Source: Gemmatimonadota bacterium (GTDB lineage: Bacteria > Gemmatimonadota > Gemmatimonadetes > Longimicrobiales > RSA9). From it: DNA of 64,000 nucleotides. The notes beneath the pieces are model-generated. The model searched no databases and was not told where the DNA came from. It saw only the letters and a list, made by a program, of their open reading frames with translations. A program made the position numbers and the translations under genes. Location of the stretch: assembly GCA_040882575.1 (NCBI GenBank), contig JBBEBA010000053.1, positions 25,534 through 89,533 on the forward strand, in the 5' to 3' direction. Of this stretch, positions 36,801-44,029 are shown one piece after another. How positions within the stretch are numbered: position 1 is the first letter of the stretch; each line of letters starts with the position of its first letter.

Positions 36801-36837
36801 TCTCCGGTTCCACGTCCTCATAGGCCCTTCCTTCTGA
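33802..36837 (+). CDS. Large envelope protein: HEXXH metalloprotease-like N-terminus, TolB-like beta-propeller repeats, barrel-like C-terminus ending in Phe
   Basis: 1011 aa with a signal peptide (LLACAVLLCGARGAARAQ). VVTHELAHIFH is present. WD40-like/TolB repeats are PRFSPDGRFIVYAAND, PRFSPDGDRIAAG, WSPDGRWLLFWSDRTG and ISPDGRFIAFSTY. The C-terminus is ...LRFHVLIGPSF. Confidence 0.7.
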   Translation: MTARRALPLLACAVLLCGARGAARAQLPADADWRTLEAANFRVTYVAGLDDLARHALASAQRAHAALVVLVAEAPTGTIDIVLADNVDFTNGYASPFPSNRIVIYAKPPSDVLELQYIRDWVELVVTHELAHIFHLDVSGPFGRFARGIFGRAPLPWPVFTAIGSPSWSIEGLAVVMESTIAGYGRALGSYNEMIVRTALLEDEIDSIDELSSASPVWPGAARAYIYGSLFLDYLARRYGPDVAARIVGRTAVSLIPAPLWFGNVGRSAFGLTFRDAYDDWRAELAGRYDRLSRELTAQRLTIAQPLKHHGGDALYPRFSPDGRFIVYAANDRRTAPRTQVIDAATGVHAWSERRNDVAASDWLPDGRVLTSTIDYIDPFRVYGDLYIVSDGSEQRVTRAARLHDVDVARSGRAVAVETHGGTNRLVLLEPSTGDRRPLTGFEPGTLWSLPRFSPDGDRIAAGRWRSGGHYDTVVLDTIGGAPAVLDAGGGISAAPVWSPDGRWLLFWSDRTGIANLFAIDTARTTLRQVTNVLTGAFFPDISPDGRFIAFSTYHHNGFRIERIPFDPTQWREPMPDALLTMPDDRGVYDQPDTAARLTARAVTAAAGTDTLPQAAGAYRPLRHLRPYYWLPLLSIDDAGDDYAGLTTGGRDLVGRHGWYASALIAPSSGRTQGSIGYSYRGLPPLGAAGLHPSLSLSAARDWDPLIRPAEPGGLYVDEREDAAAAAVDLTIVRWRTRTGLVLAGELVRRSRYLGNTDSLILNDAADDLFGARAMAYFANTVLPPLAVSRQSGVTAQLAGRQRWDRDPAADLPASYSELITHNTAYLDLPLPGFARHVLATRISALLRQGGGADPASIGGASAPGLDADVDLDFVTSLGGASRLLPVRGFAEGVRFGTRAWSASAEYRFPIALVSRSFRPLPIFLDRVAGDLFLDAGDAWCDAATASRFPAGSCPRQPASAPLLSAGAELTTFLAAWGVPLPLRFGAAVPLHGRPADHRRLRFHVLIGPSF

Positions 36838-36856
36838 CCCGTCCTTGCGCCTCGCG

Positions 36857-36958
36857 CTATCCACAGAAACGGTGGATAGTACGTGGACAACCGGGTGGAA
36901 AACGGCGCCGTTCCATGGAGAAAAGCGGCACATCCGGGGTATCCACAGTGGTGGATAA
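36857..36958. promoter_or_regulatory. Cluster of five DnaA-box-like 9-mers arranged as two inverted pairs plus one single
   Basis: CTATCCACA (36857-36865) faces GGTGGATAG (36871-36879). CGTGGACAA is at 36882-36890. GTATCCACA (36939-36947) faces GGTGGATAA (36950-36958). Each matches the TTATCCACA consensus at 7-8 of 9 positions. Confidence 0.5.
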
Positions 36959-36971
36959 CTCTGACTCTTGA

Positions 36972-37021
36972 CCACCACATGTAGGGGTTGTATCCTGAAG
37001 GCCCCACGATATATTGCGTGG
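36972..37021 (+). promoter_or_regulatory. NrdR-box-like palindrome(s) upstream of nrdJ
   Basis: CCACGATATATTGCGTGG (37004-37021) is palindromic at 14 of 18 positions, with CCACG/CGTGG arms and an AT core, like the acaCwAtATaTwGtgt NrdR box. A weaker element, CCACCACATGTAGGGGTTG (36972-36990), is centred ~31 nt upstream. Confidence 0.45.
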
Positions 37022-37115
37022 CGCGCCGGATTCTCCGCCGGTGCTGGCGAGACGCTGACTTCTGTGCTGCACGTTAAGGCCCATCTTCATATCCGGTACT
37101 GCCTCTAGGAGAAGC

Positions 37116-39674
37116 ATGAGCGCTCACATCCCGCCACACCAGGCCCCGTATCACGTCCTTCCCGATGATCTGCCGGCCGCGGACCTCTCGGACAATGCGC
37201 GGATCGTGCTCGCGCGGCGGTACCTGAAGAAGGACGAGAAAGGGCGTCCGGTCGAAGAGCCGGAGCAGATGTTCTGGCGGGTCGCGCGGGTGATCGCGGA
37301 GGAAGACGCGAAGCACGGCGCGAGCGACGGCGCGGTTGAGGCGCTGGCGCGGGAGTTCTACCGTCTGATGACGCAGCGGCTGTTCGAGCCTAACTCGCCG
37401 ACGCTGATGAACGCGGGGCGTCCGCTCGGCCAGCTGAGTGCGTGCTTCGTGCTGCCGGTCAAGGATGCGCTGTCGAACGGGAAGGACGGCATCTACGACA
37501 CGCTGCGGTCGATGGCACTGGTACATCAGAGCGGCGGTGGCACAGGCTTCGGCTTCAGCCGGCTGCGGCCGACGAACGACGTGGTGAACTCGACGATGGG
37601 CGTGGCGAGCGGGCCGGTCAGCTTCATGAAGCTGTACGACGCATCGACGGAGGTCGTGAAGCAGGGTGGCACGCGGCGCGGTGCGAACATGGGCATCCTG
37701 CGGGTGGATCATCCCGACATCCGCGAGTTCGTGACGTGCAAGCGGGATGTGACGCAGATCACGAACTTCAATATCTCGGTCGCGATGACGGACGCGTTCA
37801 TGGAGGCAGTGAAGGCGGGCACGACGTACGACCTGATGAGTCCGCGTGATGGCACGGTGGTCGGTCAGGAGGACGCGCGCGATGTGTTCGATCTGGTGGT
37901 GCACGGTGCGTGGGCGACGGGCGAGCCGGGCGTCTTCTTCATCGATCGTGCGAACGCGTACAACCCCGTGCCCCACCTCGGCAGCTACGAGGCGACGAAC
38001 CCGTGCGGCGAACAGCCGCTGCTGCCGTACGACGTGTGCAATCTCGGCTCGGTGAATCTCGGCCTGTTCGTCCGACGCGAGGTGCCGGAGACGGCGCCGT
38101 GGCAGGACCGCATCGACTGGGACGCACTGCGGCAGGTCGTGCATCTGTCGGTGCATTTCCTGGACAACGTGATCGACGCCAACAACTACCCGCTGCCGGA
38201 GATCCACGACCTGGCGCAGCGCATCCGTCGCATCGGTCTCGGCGTGATGGGCTACGCTGACCTGCTCGTGCGGATCGGCGTGCAGTACAACAGCGAGGAC
38301 GGCATCCAGGTGGCGCGCGAGATGATGCGCTTCATCGACGAGGAAGGGAAGCGCGCGAGCGAGCGGCTCGCCGAGGCGCGCGGCGTGTTCCCCGAGTGGG
38401 AGCGCAGCATCTGGGGGCCAGACGAGACCTGCGCGCGCCGCCCGGACGGCGAGCGGATCCGTCCGCTCCGCCGCCTGCGCAACTGCAACGTGAACACGGT
38501 CGCGCCGACCGGCACGATCTCGATCTTCGCCGACTGCTCCGGCGGCATCGAGCCGCTGTTCGCCGTCGCGTTCATGCGCAACCAGGCGGGCGCGCTGATG
38601 CCTGACGTGAACCGCGATTTCGTCGCGATCGCGAAGAGGCAGGGCTGGTACTCCGACGAGCTGATGACGCGGATCGCGGAGGAGGGCAACATCCATTTTG
38701 ACGACGTACCCGCCGAGACGCAGCGCGTGTTCGTCACCGCGCACGATATCACGCCCGAGTGGCACATCCGGACGCAGGCTGCGTTTCAGGAGTACGTCGA
38801 TTCGGCCATCTCGAAGACGTGCAACTTTGCGCGTGAAGCAACGGAAGAGCAGGTGCGCGAGATCTACCTGATGGCGCACGACCTGAACTGCAAGGGCGTG
38901 ACGGTCTATCGCGACGCGTCACGGCCGCAGCAGGTGCTGTCCACCGGCAAGACGACCAGGGAGCCGGCCGCTGCGGCTGCAGCCACGACCGCCGTGTCCG
39001 ATCTCGAGGCGCAGCTCGCCGATGCGCGTGAGCGGCTGCACCGCTACGAGCATCGCATCGAGGAGCTGAGGACGCAGCTCGAGGATTCCGCGGCGCGGCT
39101 CCAGACCCGTCGTCACAAGCGCACGCGGCCGGCCGCACTGAAGGGTTCGACGCGGCGCATGCCGAGCCCGCTCGGCGATCTGTACGTCACGGTGAACGAG
39201 GACGACAGCGGCCATCCGTTCGAGGTGTTCGCCACCCTCGGCAAGGCCGGCGGTGCAGCGATGGCCGACGTGGAAGGCATCGGCCGCCTCATCTCGCTGT
39301 CCCTGCGCAGCGGCGTGCCGATCAACGATGTGATTCAGCAGCTGCGCGGTATCGCGTGCGATCGAGCTGTGGGCCTCGGCCCCAACAAGGTGCTGTCCGT
39401 GCCCGACGGCATCGCGCAGGCACTTTCGCAGCACATGCAGGAGAAGCTCGGCGTGCAGCAGGAGCTGCTGCCGCTCGGCGAGCTGTCGTCACCTGCTCCC
39501 GCGCCCGTCGTGGGACCTTCCGTGGCGGGGCCGGCGCAGCAGCAGGCAGCGATGGATTTCGGCTACGATCCGGGTGAGACGTTCATCGGCACATGTCCCG
39601 AGTGCTCTTCGGGTCTGCAGTTCATGGAGGGCTGCGTGAAGTGTCTGGCCTGTGGTTACAGCGAGTGCGGCTGA
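37116..39674 (+). CDS. nrdJ: Class II (adenosylcobalamin-dependent) ribonucleotide reductase
   Basis: 852 aa: [15 protein letters not shown]..., [50 protein letters not shown] coiled-coil-like linker precedes a TSCPD-like segment. The C-terminus is [26 protein letters not shown]. Confidence 0.92.
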   Translation: MSAHIPPHQAPYHVLPDDLPAADLSDNARIVLARRYLKKDEKGRPVEEPEQMFWRVARVIAEEDAKHGASDGAVEALAREFYRLMTQRLFEPNSPTLMNAGRPLGQLSACFVLPVKDALSNGKDGIYDTLRSMALVHQSGGGTGFGFSRLRPTNDVVNSTMGVASGPVSFMKLYDASTEVVKQGGTRRGANMGILRVDHPDIREFVTCKRDVTQITNFNISVAMTDAFMEAVKAGTTYDLMSPRDGTVVGQEDARDVFDLVVHGAWATGEPGVFFIDRANAYNPVPHLGSYEATNPCGEQPLLPYDVCNLGSVNLGLFVRREVPETAPWQDRIDWDALRQVVHLSVHFLDNVIDANNYPLPEIHDLAQRIRRIGLGVMGYADLLVRIGVQYNSEDGIQVAREMMRFIDEEGKRASERLAEARGVFPEWERSIWGPDETCARRPDGERIRPLRRLRNCNVNTVAPTGTISIFADCSGGIEPLFAVAFMRNQAGALMPDVNRDFVAIAKRQGWYSDELMTRIAEEGNIHFDDVPAETQRVFVTAHDITPEWHIRTQAAFQEYVDSAISKTCNFAREATEEQVREIYLMAHDLNCKGVTVYRDASRPQQVLSTGKTTREPAAAAAATTAVSDLEAQLADARERLHRYEHRIEELRTQLEDSAARLQTRRHKRTRPAALKGSTRRMPSPLGDLYVTVNEDDSGHPFEVFATLGKAGGAAMADVEGIGRLISLSLRSGVPINDVIQQLRGIACDRAVGLGPNKVLSVPDGIAQALSQHMQEKLGVQQELLPLGELSSPAPAPVVGPSVAGPAQQQAAMDFGYDPGETFIGTCPECSSGLQFMEGCVKCLACGYSECG

Positions 39675-39787
39675 AGGGGTGACCGGGCCGTCGAAGACGT
39701 GCCGGCGACGACGCCGGCCCCGGCCGCGGCGCGGCGGCAACGAGATGTGAAGTCACATCCGGTGCGCCGCGGCGCACCGGCCAGTTC

Positions 39788-39823
39788 GAAAAAGGCGGTC
39801 GCGACGATGCGACCGCCTTTTTC
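39788..39823 (+). terminator. Rho-independent terminator (symmetric, A-tract/U-tract on both sides)
   Basis: GAAAAAGGCGGTCGC-GACGAT-GCGACCGCCTTTTTC: a 14-bp stem including the A/T tracts. It lies 114 nt after the nrdJ stop. Confidence 0.8.
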
Positions 39824-39945
39824 GCGCGCACGCCGTGCACCCGCCGGACCCGGATGGTATCTTCCGGCCGCGCCTCGGCCCGTCGCGGAGGCGGAGCCGT
39901 CGAAGCAACACGGGTGAAGGAGGCCGGTATGCGTTCGAGATACAC

Positions 39946-41226
39946 ATGGCGCCGCGAGTACCTGCGCCGGCCGGACGCGCGTTGAAGCCGGAGTCTCTGC
40001 CGATCGTCGTGCTCGGTGCGGGTGCGGCCGGCCTGATGGCGGCCTCCTTCGCCGCGACCGGCGAGCGCCCTGTCATCCTGCTCGAGAAGACGAAGGATGG
40101 CGGCCGCAAGATCCTGATCAGCGGTGGCGGGCGCTGCAACGTGCTGCCGTCCAGCCTCACCCCTTCGCAGTACGTGACCGAGTCATCGCCGAACGCGCTC
40201 CGCAACATGCTGCTGTCCTGGCCGCTCGCCGAACAGCGCCGTTTCTTCGAGCAGGATCTCGGCATCCCTCTCGCGCTCGAACGCGAGTCGGGAAAGCTGT
40301 TCCCCGTATCCAACCGCGCGCGCGATGTACGCGATGCATTGGTGAAGCGCGCCGTGGATCACGGCGTGGACATCCGCTTCGGCGTCGCTGCCGACGGAAT
40401 CCGCGCTGCAGCACCTCATGTGTGGACCGTACGTACCGCGGACGGCTCCGAGATCTCTGCCGCGGCCGTGATCGTCGCGACGGGCGGCCTGTCAGTGCCG
40501 CAGACGGGCAGCGACGGCCTGGGACTGCGCGTGCTCGCCGACCTCGGCCATTCGATTCACACCACCTACCCCGCGCTCACACCCCTTACTGCCGCCGGCG
40601 CCCCGCACGAACAACTGGCCGGCGTTTCGCTGCGCGTGAAGCTCATGGCGCCGATGGCGCGCGGCCCCTTCGTCACCGAAGGCGGCTTCCTGTTCACGCA
40701 CCGCGGCTACAGTGGTCCGGCCGTGCTCGACATCTCCCACATCGCCGTGCGAGCGCGCCTTGCCGCCCGCCCGCTCCACATGCTCGTGCAGTGGACGGAG
40801 CTCGACACGCCCGCGTGGGACCGCGAGCTGCGCCAGCAGGGCGCCGGGCAGGTCGCGCCGCTGCTCCGCCGCAGGCTGCCCACACGCCTCGCCGACGCTC
40901 TGATCGCCGAGGCCGCCGTCGATCCGCAGCAGACGCTCGCTGCCCTGAAGCGCGAAGATCGCTCTCGCCTCGTCACGATGCTCACGCGCTACCCGCTCCC
41001 CTGCACGGGCGACGAAGGGTACCGGAAAGCGGAGGTCACCGGCGGTGGCGTCGTGCTCGGCGAGGTCGATCCGCGCACCATGCAGAGCCGTCTGCATCCC
41101 GGCCTCTACCTGTGCGGCGAGGTGCTCGACGCGTTCGGCCCGATCGGCGGCTACAACTTCGCCTGGGCGTGGGCGACAGGCCGCCTCGCAGGGCTCGCGG
41201 CGGCACAGTCATACCTGCGCAGTTGA
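39946..41226 (+). CDS. HI0933/BaiN-family FAD-dependent oxidoreductase
   Basis: Starts at the ATG at 39946 within ORF 39835..41226. Motifs are VVLGAGAAGLMAA, ISGGGRCNV and GGYNFAWAWATG. Confidence 0.8.
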   Translation: MAPRVPAPAGRALKPESLPIVVLGAGAAGLMAASFAATGERPVILLEKTKDGGRKILISGGGRCNVLPSSLTPSQYVTESSPNALRNMLLSWPLAEQRRFFEQDLGIPLALERESGKLFPVSNRARDVRDALVKRAVDHGVDIRFGVAADGIRAAAPHVWTVRTADGSEISAAAVIVATGGLSVPQTGSDGLGLRVLADLGHSIHTTYPALTPLTAAGAPHEQLAGVSLRVKLMAPMARGPFVTEGGFLFTHRGYSGPAVLDISHIAVRARLAARPLHMLVQWTELDTPAWDRELRQQGAGQVAPLLRRRLPTRLADALIAEAAVDPQQTLAALKREDRSRLVTMLTRYPLPCTGDEGYRKAEVTGGGVVLGEVDPRTMQSRLHPGLYLCGEVLDAFGPIGGYNFAWAWATGRLAGLAAAQSYLRS

Positions 41227-41236
41227 GGTCACCGTG

Positions 41237-41869
41237 ATGTACGAGCTGATCGGCTACGCCGCGTCGGTGCTGGTCGCCATATCGCTGATGATGGGCTCGA
41301 TTCTCCGGCTCAGGCTCATCAACCTCGCCGGCGCGGCGCTGTTCGCCGTCTACGGCATCCTCATCGGCGCGGCACCCGTCGCCGCAGTGAACCTGTTCAT
41401 CGTCGGCGTCAACATCTACCACCTGGTCAGCACTCGTGCGACGCGCGAATTCCTCCGCATCCTCGAGGTGCGCAGCGATTCCGAGTACCTCCTCCATTTC
41501 GCGACGGTGCATGGCGACGAGCTGCGCACGCACGATCCGGAGTTCACGCTGCCGCTCCGGCCGGGCCAGCTCGCGTTCTTCGTGCTGAGCGATGTCGTGC
41601 CTGCCGGCCTGTTCGTCGGCGACGTGCGAAGCGACGGCGAGATGCTGGTCCGACTCGACTACGTCCTGCCCGTCTACCGTGACTTCAGGGTCGGACGCTT
41701 CCTCTTCGAGGAGAATGCGCAGTGGTTCAACGCACACGGCATTCGCCGATTGACCGCTGTCGCGCGTACCCGCGACCGCGCGCGCTACCTCAGGCGCATG
41801 GGCTTCGCCGCAGCGTCCGCGTCGGACAAGGCCGATGCTCGCATTTTCACCCGCTCCGTCACCGCCTGA
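41237..41869 (+). CDS. Hypothetical protein: N-terminal 2-3 TM segment plus C-terminal GNAT-like region
   Basis: Starts at the ATG at 41237: MYELIGYAASVLVAISLMMGSILRLRLINLAGAALFAVYGILIG.... The C-terminus is YRDFRVGRFLFEENAQWFNAHGIRRLTAVARTRDRARYLRRMGF. The domain call is tentative. Confidence 0.5.
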   Translation: MYELIGYAASVLVAISLMMGSILRLRLINLAGAALFAVYGILIGAAPVAAVNLFIVGVNIYHLVSTRATREFLRILEVRSDSEYLLHFATVHGDELRTHDPEFTLPLRPGQLAFFVLSDVVPAGLFVGDVRSDGEMLVRLDYVLPVYRDFRVGRFLFEENAQWFNAHGIRRLTAVARTRDRARYLRRMGFAAASASDKADARIFTRSVTA

Positions 41870-41874
41870 CCTCG

Positions 41875-42261
41875 ATGGCAGACGCGCGCGCGGGTTACAT
41901 GACGCTCGACATCGAGGGGCACGAGGTGCTCGTCGGGCGGAGTGCGCGCGACAACGACGAGCTCACGTTCCGCGTCGCACGCCCGACCGACGTGTGGCTG
42001 CATGCCGCCGGACACGCCGGCAGTCACGTCATCATTCGCGCGCCCGACGATGGCAGCGACGTCCCGCGCAGCGTGCTCGAGCGCGCAGCTGCCTGCGCCG
42101 CATTTCATTCCAAGGCCAGGAACGCGCGCGGCAAGGTGGAGGTGCACGTCTGCCGTGCAGGCGACGTGCGCAAACCCCGCGGTGTGCCCGCCGGCACCGT
42201 CGAGCTGCGACGCTACGATACCGTGCGCGTATATCCGCGGACGGGCGGAGCCGACGGATGA
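41875..42261 (+). CDS. NFACT-R/DUF814 domain protein
   Basis: Starts at the ATG at 41875: LVGRSARDNDELTF...DVWLHAAGHAGSHVIIR...AAFHSKARN...VEVHVC. Confidence 0.7.
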   Translation: MADARAGYMTLDIEGHEVLVGRSARDNDELTFRVARPTDVWLHAAGHAGSHVIIRAPDDGSDVPRSVLERAAACAAFHSKARNARGKVEVHVCRAGDVRKPRGVPAGTVELRRYDTVRVYPRTGGADG

Positions 42262-42728
42262 GCCACGTCGATCCCGACACGTTCAAGGACGCGCTCGCGC
42301 ACTGGGCAGCCGGTGTCGCCGTGGTCGCGTGCCGCACCGATGACCGCGTCGTCGCGACGACGATCTCCGCCTTCATGTCGCTCTCGGTCGAGCCGCCGCA
42401 GGTGCTGCTCGCGCTCGGTCCCAACGCCACCGTCAGACCGTTCCTCACGGCCGGTGCACGCTTCGGCGTCAGTATCCTGGCCGGGGCCCAGCGGCGCCTC
42501 GCCAGCGTGTTCGCCGACCCGTTTCCCGTAGGCCCCGACCCCTTCGCTTCCTCCGGCGACCCGGTCATTGCCGACGCCCTCGTCCGGCTCGCCTGCGTCG
42601 TCACTCACGTGAGCGACGGCGGCTCTCACGCAGTCGTCACCGCGACCGTCGAATCCGCGCACGTCGGCCCCGGCGCCGATCCGCTGGTCAGGTTCGGTCG
42701 CGCCTACCACCGCCTCCACCGCCCCTGA
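42258..42728 (+). CDS. Flavin reductase-like domain protein
   Basis: The ATG at 42258 overlaps the upstream stop (ATGA). FKDALAHWAAGVAVVACRTDDRVVATTISAFMSLSVEPPQVLLAL is present. Confidence 0.75.
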   Translation: MSHVDPDTFKDALAHWAAGVAVVACRTDDRVVATTISAFMSLSVEPPQVLLALGPNATVRPFLTAGARFGVSILAGAQRRLASVFADPFPVGPDPFASSGDPVIADALVRLACVVTHVSDGGSHAVVTATVESAHVGPGADPLVRFGRAYHRLHRP

Positions 42729-42851
42729 CGCGACAGTGTCCCGATCGAAAACCCGGACCGGCCTGCTCCGCCGTTTCCCCGACCCGCTGCTGTTGCCGGC
42801 AGCACCGCCACAGCCCATCTTGGACCAGGCACTCATCAAGGAGCAGACGAC

Positions 42852-43436
42852 ATGCATGTGCGGACCATCGCGCTCGCCGCAGCGCTCACCGCCGGACTCG
42901 CGGCGCCCGCCGCCGCGCAGGATGCGCTGACGAGCTCACCCCTCGAGGTCGGCGCAGTTGCGCCCGATTTCGCCATCACCGGTGCCACGCGCTACGGCGT
43001 CCTGCGGGAGCAGGTGCGATTGAGCGATTACGCGGGCCAGACCGTCGTCCTTGCCTTCTTCTTCAGGGCACGGACGCGCGGCTGAACGATTCAAATGCAC
43101 GCGTACCGTGATCAGTACGCGCAGGTATTCAACAACGGGCAGAACGTCGTGCTCATCGCGATCAGTGCGGATTCCATCGAGGACCTGCACTCGTGGGCGC
43201 ACGATGACCATTTCCAGTTCCTGATGGGCAGCGACACGGACCTCACCGTTGCCCGGCTGTACGGCGCCATGTCGCCACGCGGTCCGACGACGAACCGCAA
43301 CCTGTTTGTCATTGGTCCCGACGGCAGGATCGCACATCGCGCGGTGCCGTTCCGCGAGATCGATCCGACGGCGTACGAGGAGCTTGGCGAGGTGATCGAC
43401 CGGCTGGCGCCGGCCGCAGACTTGGAGGACGGCTGA
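42852..43436 (+). CDS. Exported peroxiredoxin (BCP/AhpC-TSA family) with an in-frame TGA at the peroxidatic position; probable selenocysteine protein
   Basis: ORFs 42852..43085 and 43095..43436 share one frame and are separated by TGA ACG ATT CAA. AAGGAG lies 8 nt upstream of the ATG. The signal peptide is MHVRTIALAAALTAGLAAPAAAQD. The joined sequence ...GQTVVLAFFFRARTRG[TGA]TIQMHAYRDQYAQVFNNGQNVVLIAISAD... fits the Prx T-x-x-C active-site layout. Confidence 0.7.
43100..43121 (+). promoter_or_regulatory. Candidate bacterial SECIS hairpin
   Basis: CGCGTAC-CGTGATCA-GTACGCG: a perfect 7-bp stem with an 8-nt loop containing GU. The stem starts 14 nt after the TGA at 43083-43085. Confidence 0.5.
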
Positions 43437-43442
43437 ACAACC

Positions 43443-43497
43443 CGTGAAGCGTGAATCGTGAAACGTATCCGTTACTCACGTCTCACGTTTCACGATG
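43443..43497. repeat. Inverted heptamer arrays (CGTGAAR x3 / loop / ACGTYTC x2-3) forming an imperfect ~17-bp hairpin
   Basis: Read directly: cgtgaagcgtgaatcgtgaaacgt-atccgttactc-acgtctcacgtttcacgatg. It lies between the convergent Prx stop (43436) and tlpA-like stop (43506). Confidence 0.9.
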
Positions 43498-43505
43498 TTT
43501 GATGT

Positions 43506-44018
43506 TTACTGTCCGAGCGCCTTCGCGGCAGCCGCCGCGAGGTCCTGCTCCGCCCCCACGCCCGTGTACACGACACGGCCGGCCACGTCCAGCGCCACGA
43601 TGTAGGAAGTAGACGGCGCGCGGTACGCCCGCGTTGCACGGCCGCGGCCGTCGAACAGCACCCGCCCCGGCAGTGAATGGTCCGTCAGATGCCGGCGGAT
43701 CGTGCGCGGTGTCTGATTGACGCCGACCGCGACGACGATCACCTCCAGTGCGTCGCCGTGCTTCCGCTTCACCGCCTCGAGCTGCGGCTCCAGCTCCTCG
43801 CACAGCGGACACCACGTCGCCCAGAACTCGACGATGACCGGCTTGCGTCCGACCCAGGTGCTCAGGTCCACGGTCGCTCCGTCGAGGTCCTCCAGCTGCA
43901 CTGCGTCCGGCACCGCGCCCAGCGGCAGACCGACATCCTGAGTCGCCGCGGGTGCCGCCGCCGCGAGTGGCGCCAGCAGCGCGAACAGCCCCGCGGCAAT
44001 GATAGGACGACGTCGCAT
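43506..44018 (-). CDS. TlpA-like periplasmic thiol:disulfide oxidoreductase (thioredoxin fold)
   Basis: Starts at the ATG at 44018 within ORF 43506..44792. The signal is MRRRPIIAAGLFALLAPLAAAAPAA. The active site is PVIVEFWATWCPLCEEL. Confidence 0.85.
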   Translation of the reverse strand: MRRRPIIAAGLFALLAPLAAAAPAATQDVGLPLGAVPDAVQLEDLDGATVDLSTWVGRKPVIVEFWATWCPLCEELEPQLEAVKRKHGDALEVIVVAVGVNQTPRTIRRHLTDHSLPGRVLFDGRGRATRAYRAPSTSYIVALDVAGRVVYTGVGAEQDLAAAAAKALGQ

Positions 44019-44029
44019 TCGATTCTCCC

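Noticed and set aside
36857-36958. The DnaA-box cluster as the chromosomal replication origin
   Set aside because: No dnaA/dnaN nearby and no obvious AT-rich unwinding element. Genes on both sides (33802..36837 and 37116..39674) run in the same direction within a long co-directional block, so there is no strand-bias switch. A regulatory role for nrdJ is more economical.
36838-37115. A cobalamin riboswitch in the nrdJ leader (and likewise upstream of the TonB-type receptor at 61330-61621)
   Set aside because: I could not find a B12-box-like core (AGYCMGGNGACC-type) or the typical paired elements by eye. Only an Rfam scan could rule it out.
42852-43436. Reading the split peroxiredoxin as a pseudogene or as two separate genes
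   Set aside because: Not fully excluded. However, the single stop is a TGA exactly at the catalytic-Cys column, the frame is otherwise intact on both sides, and a hairpin sits at SECIS distance. The second ORF alone would lack both signal peptide and active site. It needs the sel gene check to settle.
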